Of a DNA stretch of 64,000 nt, positions 1 through 10,400 are shown one piece after another. Source of the DNA: Auanema rhodensis (lineage: Eukaryota; Animalia; Nematoda); the NCBI GenBank assembly GCA_964057225.1, contig OZ059900.1, forward strand, positions 25,172,001 through 25,236,000. Direction: 5' to 3'. Position numbers and translations under genes: made by a program. Position 1 is the stretch's first letter. Every line of letters begins with the position of its first letter. The notes beneath the pieces are model-generated. The model saw only the letters and a program-made list of their open reading frames with translations. It was not told where the DNA came from and did not search any database.

Positions 1-342
1 TTTTTTGTCGTGAAAGTGGAACTAGACGTTGTACGAACAATTTTGAGCTAGGTTTCATTGACATTGCATGAGTTTGAACACATGAAATCGTAAGTCAAAA
101 CCTTGTTTACAGCGAAATTTCCAAAAACTGGTTTTCCAGCATAATAAAATATTTCTCATGGGAAATACTGTGTTTTTGTATTTTTCTAGTGTTCAGCATG
201 TAAAATGCTTCATTTTAGTATGTAACACGCTGAAATTCGTTGCATTTGACGACTCATATGAACAAAAATCGATTTAATCAATATTAGCCATAAGGGGCGT
301 GCCCTCAGAATATGCTAATTTCCTTAATTTTCTAACCCCTGT
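1..342. repeat. Reference monomer (consensus-type copy)
   Basis: Identical copies at 685, 5473, 6499, 10261, 28045, 31807 and 40357, among others. Hand count gives 57 C + 59 G of 342 and 10 CpG. Contains single ClaI (268-273) and NdeI (255-260) sites. Confidence 0.97.
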
Positions 343-1026
343 TTTTTTGTCGTGAAAGTGGAACTAGACGTTGTACGAACAATTTTGAGCTAGGTTTCAT
401 TGACATTGCATGAGTTTGAACACATGAAATCGTAAGTCAAAACCTTGTTTACAGCGAAATTTCCAAAAACTGGTTTTCCAGCATAATAAAATATTTCTCA
501 TGGGAAATACAGTGTTTTTGTATTTTTTTAGTGTTCAGCATGTAAAATGCGTCATTTTAGTATGTAAAACGCTGAAATTCGTTGCATTTGACGACTCATA
601 TGAACAAAAATCGATTTTATCAATATTAGCCATAAGGGGCGTGCCCTCAGAATATGCTAATTTCCTTAATTTTCTAACCCCTGTTTTTTTGTCGTGAAAG
701 TGGAACTAGACGTTGTACGAACAATTTTGAGCTAGGTTTCATTGACATTGCATGAGTTTGAACACATGAAATCGTAAGTCAAAACCTTGTTTACAGCGAA
801 ATTTCCAAAAACTGGTTTTCCAGCATAATAAAATATTTCTCATGGGAAATACTGTGTTTTTGTATTTTTCTAGTGTTCAGCATGTAAAATGCTTCATTTT
901 AGTATGTAACACGCTGAAATTCGTTGCATTTGACGACTCATATGAACAAAAATCGATTTAATCAATATTAGCCATAAGGGGCGTGCCCTCAGAATATGCT
1001 AATTTCCTTAATTTTCTAACCCCTGT

Positions 1027-4000
1027 TTTTTTGTCGTGAAAGTGGAACTAGACGTTGTACGAACAATTTTGAGCTAGGTTTCATTGACATTGCATGAGTT
1101 TGAACACATGAAATCGTAAGTCAAAACCTTGTTTACAGCGAAATTTCCAAAAACTGGTTTTCCAGCATAATAAAATATTTCTCATGGGAAATACTGTGTT
1201 TTTGTATTTTTCTAGTGTTCAGCATGTAAAATGCTTCATTTTAGTATATAGCACACTGAAATTTGTTGCATTTGACGACTCATATGAACAAAAATTGATT
1301 TTATCAATATTAGCCATAAGGGGCGTGCCCTCAGAATATGCTAATTTCCTTAATTTTCTAACCCCTGTTTTTTTGTCGTGAAAGTGGAACTAGACGTTGT
1401 ACGAACAATTTTGAGCTAGGTTTCATTGACAATGCATGAGTTTGAACACATGAAATCGTAAGTCAAAACCTTGTTTACAGCGAAATTTCCAAAAACTGGT
1501 TTTCCAGCATAATAAAATATTTCTCATGGGAAATACAGTGTTTTTGTATTTTTTTAGTGTTCAGCATGTAAAATGCGTCATTTTAGTATGTAAAACGCTG
1601 AAATTCGTTGCATTTGACGACTCATATGAACAAAAATCGATTTTATCAATATTAGCCATAAGGGGCGTGCCCTCAGAATATGCTAATTTCCTTAATTTTC
1701 TAACCCCTGTTTTTTTGTCGTGAAAGTGGAACTAGACGTTGTACGAACAATTTTGAGCTAGGTTTCATTGACATTGCATGAGTTTGAACACATGAAATCG
1801 TAAGTCAAAACCTTGTTTACAGCGAAATTTCCAAAAACTGGTTTTCCAGCATAATAAAATATTTCTCAAGGGAAAAACTGTGTTTTTATATTTTTCTAGT
1901 GTTCAGCATGTGAAATGCTTAATTTTAGTATGTAACACGCTGAAATTCGTTGCATTTGACGACTCATATGAACAAAAATCGATTTAATCAATATTAGCCA
2001 TAAGGGGCGTGCCCTCAGAATATGCTAATTTCCTTAATTTTCTAACCCCTGTTTTTTTGTCGTGAAAGTGGAACTAGACGTTGTACGAACAATTTTGAGC
2101 TAGGTTTCATTGACATTGCATGAGTTTGAACACATGAAATCGTAAGTCAAAACCTTGTTTACAGCGAAATTTCCAAAAACTGGTTTTCCAGCATAATAAA
2201 ATATTTCTCATGGGAAATACTGTGTTTTTGTATTTTTCTAGTGTTCAGCATGTAAAATGCTTCATTTTAGTATATAGCACACTGAAATTTGTTGCATTTG
2301 ACGACTCATATGAACAAAAATTGATTTTATCAATATTAGCCATAAGGGGCGTGCCCTCAGAATATGCTAATTTCCTTAATTTTCTAACCCCTGTTTTTTT
2401 GTCGTGAAAGTGGAACTAGACGTTGTACGAACAATTTTGAGCTAGGTTTCATTGACAATGCATGAGTTTGAACACATGAAATCGTAAGTCAAAACCTTGT
2501 TTACAGCGAAATTTCCAAAAACTGGTTTTCCAGCATAATAAAATATTTCTCATGGGAAATACAGTGTTTTTGTATTTTTTTAGTGTTCAGCATGTAAAAT
2601 GCGTCATTTTAGTATGTAAAACGCTGAAATTCGTTGCATTTGACGACTCATATGAACAAAAATCGATTTTATCAATATTAGCCATAAGGGGCGTGCCCTC
2701 AGAATATGCTAATTTCCTTAATTTTCTAACCCCTGTTTTTTTGTCGTGAAAGTGGAACTAGACGTTGTACGAACAATTTTGAGCTAGGTTTCATTGACAT
2801 TGCATGAGTTTGAACACATGAAATCGTAAGTCAAAACCTTGTTTACAGCGAAATTTCCAAAAACTGGTTTTCCAGCATAATAAAATATTTCTCAAGGGAA
2901 AAACTGTGTTTTTATATTTTTCTAGTGTTCAGCATGTGAAATGCTTAATTTTAGTATGTAACACGCTGAAATTCGTTGCATTTGACGACTCATATGAACA
3001 AAAATCGATTTAATCAATATTAGCCATAAGGGGCGTGCCCTCAGAATATGCTAATTTCCTTAATTTTCTAACCCCTGTTTTTTTGTCGTGAAAGTGGAAC
3101 TAGACGTTGTACGAACAATTTTGAGCTAGGTTTCATTGACATTGCATGAGTTTGAACACATGAAATCGTAAGTCAAAACCTTGTTTACAGCGAAATTTCC
3201 AAAAACTGGTTTTCCAGCATAATAAAATATTTCTCATATGAAAAACTGTGTTTTTGTATTTTTCTAGTGTTCAGCATGTAAAATGCTTCATTTTAGTATA
3301 TAGCACACTGAAATTTGTTGCATTTGACGACTCATATGAACAAAAATTGATTTTATCAATATTAGCCATAAGGGGCGTGCCCTCAGAATATGCTAATTTC
3401 CTTAATTTTCTAACCCCTGTTTTTTTGTCGTGAAAGTGGAACTAGACGTTGTACGAACAATTTTGAGCTAGGTTTCATTGACATTGCATGAGTTTGAACA
3501 CATGAAATCGTAAGTCAAAACCTTGTTTACAGCGAAATTTCCAAAAACTGGTTTTCCAGCATAATAAAATATTTCTCATGGGAAATACAGTGTTTTTGTA
3601 TTTTTTTAGTGTTCAGCATGTAAAATGCGTCATTTTAGTATGTAAAACGCTGAAATTCGTTGCATTTGACGACTCATATGAACAAAAATCGATTTTATCA
3701 ATATTAGCCATAAGGGGCGTGCCCTCAGAATATGCTAATTTCCTTAATTTTCTAACCCCTGTTTTTTTGTCGTGAAAGTGGAACTAGACGTTGTACGAAC
3801 AATTTTGAGCTAGGTTTCATTGACATTGCATGAGTTTGAACACATGAAATCGTAAGTCAAAACCTTGTTTACAGCGAAATTTCCAAAAACTGGTTTTCCA
3901 GCATAATAAAATATTTCTCAAGGGAAAAACTGTGTTTTTATATTTTTCTAGTGTTCAGCATGTGAAATGCTTAATTTTAGTATGTAACACGCTGAAATTT

Positions 4001-4104
4001 GTTGCATTTGACGACTCATATGAACAAAAATCGATTTAATCAATATTAGCCATAAGGGGCGTGCCCTCAGAATATGCTAATTTCCTTAATTTTCTAACCC
4101 CTGT
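1027..4104. repeat. Local 3-mer higher-order repeat (1026 bp) x3
   Basis: Three monomer types cycle: TATATAGCACACTG type (1027, 2053, 3079), AATACAGTG/GCGTC type (1369, 2395, 3421) and CTCAAGG/GCTTAAT type (1711, 2737, 3763). Confidence 0.93.
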
Positions 4105-4446
4105 TTTTTTGTCGTGAAAGTGGAACTAGACGTTGTACGAACAATTTTGAGCTAGGTTTCATTGACATTGCATGAGTTTGAACACATGAAATCGTAAGTC
4201 AAAACCTTGTTTACAGCGAAATTTCCAAAAACTGGTTTTCCAGCATAATAAAATATTTCTCATGGGAAATACTGTGTTTTTGTATTTTTCTAGTGTTCAG
4301 CATGTAAAATGCTTCATTTTAGTATGTAACACGCTGAAATTCGTTGCATTTGACGACTCATATGAACAAAAATTGATTTTATCAATATTAGCCATAAGGG
4401 GCGTGCCCTCAGAATATGCTAATTTCCTTAATTTTCTAACCCCTGT

Positions 4447-7400
4447 TTTTTTGTCGTGAAAGTGGAACTAGACGTTGTACGAACAATTCTGAGCTAGGTT
4501 TCATTGACATTGCATGAGTTTGAACACATGAAATCGTAAGTCAAAACCTTGTTTACAGCGAAATTTCCAAAAACTGGTTTTCCAGCATAATAAAATATTT
4601 CTCATGGGAAATACTGTGTTTTTGTATTTTTTTAGTGTTCAGCATGTAAAATGCGTCATTTTAGTATGTAAAACGCTGAAATTCGTTGCATTTGACGACT
4701 CATATGAACAAAAATCGATTTTATCAATATTAGCCATAAGGGGTGTGCCCTCAGAATATGCTGATTTCCTTAATTTTCTAACCCCTGTTTTTTTGTCGTG
4801 AAAGTGGAACTAGACGTTGTACGAACAATTTTGAGCTAGGTTTCATTGACATTGCATGAGTTTGAACACATGAAATCGTAAGTCAAAACCTTGTTTACAG
4901 CGAAATTTCCAAAAACTGGTTTTCCAGCATAATAAAATATTTCTCATGGGAAATACTGTGTTTTTGTATTTTTTTAGTGTTCAGCATGTAAAATGCGTCA
5001 TTTTAGTATGTAAAACGCTGAAATTCGTTGCATTTGACGACTCATATGAACAAAAATTGATTTTATCAATATTAGCCATAAGGGGTGTGCCCTCAGAATA
5101 TGCTGATTTCCTTAATTTTCTAACCCCTGTTTTTTTGTCGTGAAAGTGGAACTAGACGTTGTACGAACAATTTTGAGCTAGGTTTCATTGACATTGCATG
5201 AGTTTGAACACATGAAATCGTAAGTCAAAACCTTGTTTACAGCGAAATTTCCAAAAACTGGTTTTCCAGCATAATACAATATTTCTCATGGGAAATACTG
5301 TGTTTTTGTATTTTTCTAGTGTTCAGAATGTAGAATGCTTCATTTTAGTATGTAACACGCTGAAATTCGTTGCATTTGACGACTCATATGAACAAAAATC
5401 GATTTAATCAATATAAGCCATAAGGGGCGTGCCCTCAGAATATGCTAATTTCCTTAATTTTCTAACCCCTGTTTTTTTGTCGTGAAAGTGGAACTAGACG
5501 TTGTACGAACAATTTTGAGCTAGGTTTCATTGACATTGCATGAGTTTGAACACATGAAATCGTAAGTCAAAACCTTGTTTACAGCGAAATTTCCAAAAAC
5601 TGGTTTTCCAGCATAATAAAATATTTCTCATGGGAAATACTGTGTTTTTGTATTTTTCTAGTGTTCAGCATGTAAAATGCTTCATTTTAGTATGTAACAC
5701 GCTGAAATTCGTTGCATTTGACGACTCATATGAACAAAAATCGATTTAATCAATATTAGCCATAAGGGGCGTGCCCTCAGAATATGCTAATTTCCTTAAT
5801 TTTCTAACCCCTGTTTTTTTGTCGTGAAAGTGGAACTAGACAATGTACGAACAATTTTGAGCTAGGTTTCATTGACATTGCATGAGTTTGAACACATGAA
5901 ATCGTAAGTCAAAACCTTGTTTACAGCGAAATTTCCAAAAACTGGTTTTCCAGCATAATAAAATATTTCTCATGGGAAATACTGTGTTTTTGTATTTTTC
6001 TAGTGTTCAGCATGTAAAATGCTTCATTTTAGTATGTAACACGCTGAAATTCGTTGCATTTGACGACTCATATGAACAAAAATCGATTTAATCAATATTA
6101 GCCATAAGGGGCGTGCCCTCAGAATATGCTAATTTCCTTAATTTTCTAACCCCTGTTTTTTTGTCGTGAAAGTGGAACTAGACGTTGTACGAACAATTTT
6201 GAGCTAGGTTTCATTGACATTGCATGAGTTTGAACACATGAAATCGTAAGTCAAAACCTTGTTTACAGCGAAATTTCCAAAAACTGGTTTTCCAGCATAA
6301 TAAAATATTTCTCATGGGAAAAACTGTGTTTTTGTATTTTTCTAGTGTTCAGCATGTAAAATGCTTCATTTTAGTATGTAACACGCTGAAATTTGTTGCA
6401 TTTGACGACTCATATGAACAAAAATCGATTTAATCAATATTAGCCATAAGGGGCGTGCCCTCAGAATATGCTAATTTCCTTAATTTTCTAACCCCTGTTT
6501 TTTTGTCGTGAAAGTGGAACTAGACGTTGTACGAACAATTTTGAGCTAGGTTTCATTGACATTGCATGAGTTTGAACACATGAAATCGTAAGTCAAAACC
6601 TTGTTTACAGCGAAATTTCCAAAAACTGGTTTTCCAGCATAATAAAATATTTCTCATGGGAAATACTGTGTTTTTGTATTTTTCTAGTGTTCAGCATGTA
6701 AAATGCTTCATTTTAGTATGTAACACGCTGAAATTCGTTGCATTTGACGACTCATATGAACAAAAATCGATTTAATCAATATTAGCCATAAGGGGCGTGC
6801 CCTCAGAATATGCTAATTTCCTTAATTTTCTAACCCCTGTTTTTTTGTCGTGAAAGTGGAACTAGACGTTGTACGAACAATTTTGAGCTAGGTTTCATTG
6901 ACATTGCATGAGTTTGAACACATGAAATCGTAAGTCAAAACCTTGTTTACAGCGAAATTTCCAAAAACTGGTTTTCCAGCATAATAAAATATTTCTCATG
7001 GGAAATACTGTGTTTTTGTATTTTTCTAGTGTTCAGCAGGTAAAATGCTTCATTTTAGTATGTAACACGCTGAAATTCGTTGCATTTGACGACTCATATG
7101 AACAAAAATCGATTTAATCAATATTAGCCATAAGGGGCGTGCCCTCATAATATGCTAATTTCCTTAATTTTCTAACCCCTGTTTTTTTGTCGTGAAAGTG
7201 GAACTAGACGTTGTACGAACAATTTTGAGCTAGGTTTCATTGACATTGCATGAGTTTGAACACATGAAATCGTAAGTCAAAACCTTGTTTACAGCGAAAT
7301 TTCCAAAAACTGGTTTTCCAGCATAATAAAATATTTCTCATGGGAAAAACTGTGTTTTTGTATTTTTCTAGTGTTCAGCATGTAAAATGCTTCATTTTAG

Positions 7401-10400
7401 TATGTAACACGCTGAAATTTGTTGCATTTGACGACTCATATGAACAAAAATCGATTTAATCAATATTAGCCATAAGGGGCGTGCCCTCAGAATATGCTAA
7501 TTTCCTTAATTTTCTAACCCCTGTTTTTTTGTCGTGAAAGTGGAACTAGACGTTGTACGAACAATTTTGAGCTAGGTTTCATTGACATTGCATGAGTTTG
7601 AACACATGAAATCGTAAGTCAAAACCTTGTTTACAGCGAAATTTCCAAAAACTGGTTTTCCAGCATAATAAAATATTTCTCATGGGAAATACTGTGTTTT
7701 TGTATTTTTCTAGTGTTCAGCAGGTAAAATGCTTCATTTTAGTATGTAACACGCTGAAATTCGTTGCATTTGACGACTCATATGAACAAAAATCGATTTA
7801 ATCAATATTAGCCATAAGGGGCGTGCCCTCAGAATATGCTAATTTCCTTAATTTTCTAACCCCTGTTTTTTTGTCGTGAAAGTGGAACTAGACGTTGTAC
7901 GAACAATTTTGAGCTAGGTTTCATTGACATTGCATGAGTTTGAACACATGAAATCGTAAGTCAAAACCTTGTTTACAGCGAAATTTCCAAAAACTGGTTT
8001 TCCAGCATAATAAAATATTTCTCATGGGAAAAACTGTGTTTTTGTATTTTTCTAGTGTTCAGCATGTAAAATGCTTCATTTTAGTATGTAACACGCTGAA
8101 ATTTGTTGCATTTGACGACTCATATGAACAAAAATCGATTTAATCAATATTAGCCATAAGGGGCGTGCCCTCAGAATATGCTAATTTCCTTAATTTTCTA
8201 ACCCCTGTTTTTTTGTCGTGAAAGTGGAACTAGACGTTGTACGAACAATTCTGAGCTAGGTTTCATTGACATTGCATGAGTTTGAACACATGAAATCGTA
8301 AGTCAAAACCTTGTTTACAGCGAAATTTCCAAAAACTGGTTTTCCAGCATAATAAAATATTTCTCATGGGAAATACTGTGTTTTTGTATTTTTTTAGTGT
8401 TCAGCATGTAAAATGCGTCATTTTAGTATGTAAAACGCTGAAATTCGTTGCATTTGACGACTCATATGAACAAAAATCGATTTTATCAATATTAGCCATA
8501 AGGGGTGTGCCCTCAGAATATGCTGATTTCCTTAATTTTCTAACCCCTGTTTTTTTGTCGTGAAAGTGGAACTAGACGTTGTACGAACAATTTTGAGCTA
8601 GGTTTCATTGACATTGCATGAGTTTGAACACATGAAATCGTAAGTCAAAACCTTGTTTACAGCGAAATTTCCAAAAACTGGTTTTCCAGCATAATAAAAT
8701 ATTTCTCATGGGAAATACTGTGTTTTTGTATTTTTTTAGTGTTCAGCATGTAAAATGCGTCATTTTAGTATGTAAAACGCTGAAATTCGTTGCATTTGAC
8801 GACTCATATGAACAAAAATTGATTTTATCAATATTAGCCATAAGGGGTGTGCCCTCAGAATATGCTGATTTCCTTAATTTTCTAACCCCTGTTTTTTTGT
8901 CGTGAAAGTGGAACTAGACGTTGTACGAACAATTTTGAGCTAGGTTTCATTGACATTGCATGAGTTTGAACACATGAAATCGTAAGTCAAAACCTTGTTT
9001 ACAGCGAAATTTCCAAAAACTGGTTTTCCAGCATAATACAATATTTCTCATGGGAAATACTGTGTTTTTGTATTTTTCTAGTGTTCAGAATGTAGAATGC
9101 TTCATTTCAGTATGTAACACGCTGAAATTCGTTGCATTTGACGACTCATATGAACAAAAATCGATTTAATCAATATTAGTCATAAGGGGCGTGCCCTCAG
9201 AATATGCTAATTTCCTTAATTTTCTAACCCCTGTTTTTTTGTCGTGAAAGTGGAACTAGACGTTGTACGAACAATTTTGAGCTAGGTTTCATTGACATTG
9301 CATGAGTTTGAACACATGAAATCGTAAGTCAAAACCTTGTTTACAGCGAAATTTCCAAAAACTGGTTTTCCAGCATAATAAAATATTTCTCATGGGAAAT
9401 ACTGTGTTTTTGTATTTTTCTAGTGTTCAGCATGTAAAATGCTTCATTTTAGTATGTAACACGCTGAAATTCGTTGCATTTGACGACTCATATGAACAAA
9501 AATCGATTTAATCAATATTAGCCATAAGGGGCGTGCCCTCAGAATATGCTAATTTCCTTAATTTTCTAACCCCTGTTTTTTTGTCGTGAAAGTGGAACTA
9601 GACAATGTACGAACAATTTTGAGCTAGGTTTCATTGACATTGCATGAGTTTGAACACATGAAATCGTAAGTCAAAACCTTGTTTACAGCGAAATTTCCAA
9701 AAACTGGTTTTCCAGCATAATAAAATATTTCTCATGGGAAATACTGTGTTTTTGTATTTTTCTAGTGTTCAGCATGTAAAATGCTTCATTTTAGTATGTA
9801 ACACGCTGAAATTCGTTGCATTTGACGACTCATATGAACAAAAATCGATTTAATCAATATTAGCCATAAGGGGCGTGCCCTCAGAATATGCTGATTTCCT
9901 TAATTTTCTAACCCCTGTTTTTTTGTCGTGAAAGTGGAACTAGACGTTGTACGAACAATTTTGAGCTAGGTTTCATTGACATTGCATCAGTTTGAACACA
10001 TGAAATCGTAAGTCAAAACCTTGTTTACAGCGAAATTTCCAAAAACTGGTTTTCCAGCATAATACAATATTTCTCATGGGAAATACTGTGTTTTTGTATT
10101 TTTCTAGTGTTCAGAATGTAGAATGCTTCATTTTAGTATGTAACACGCTGAAATTCGTTGCATTTGACGACTCATATGAACAAAAATCGATTTAATCAAT
10201 ATTAGCCATAAGGGGCGTGCCCTCAGAATATGCTAATTTCCTTAATTTTCTAACCCCTGTTTTTTTGTCGTGAAAGTGGAACTAGACGTTGTACGAACAA
10301 TTTTGAGCTAGGTTTCATTGACATTGCATGAGTTTGAACACATGAAATCGTAAGTCAAAACCTTGTTTACAGCGAAATTTCCAAAAACTGGTTTTCCAGC

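Noticed and set aside
235-251. CENP-B box-like motif ATTCGTTGCATTTGACG
   Set aside because: It shares TTCGTTG and the central A with the canonical box but lacks the CGGG half (6 of 9 essential positions), and C238T often destroys the TTCG.
1-342. Primate alpha-satellite dimer (2x171 = 342 bp)
   Set aside because: The length matches, but I see none of the hallmark alpha-satellite words such as CATTCTCAGAAACT or GTGGATATTTGG. A BLAST search would settle it.
1-342. Tandem 5S rRNA, tRNA, snRNA or spliced-leader gene array
   Set aside because: No recognisable 5S, tRNA cloverleaf, Pol III A/B box or SL sequence on either strand.
283-348. Intrinsic terminator (GC hairpin followed by T7)
   Set aside because: The T run lies more than 20 bp from the outer stem and about 37 bp from the GC core, there is no upstream gene, and the context is eukaryotic satellite.
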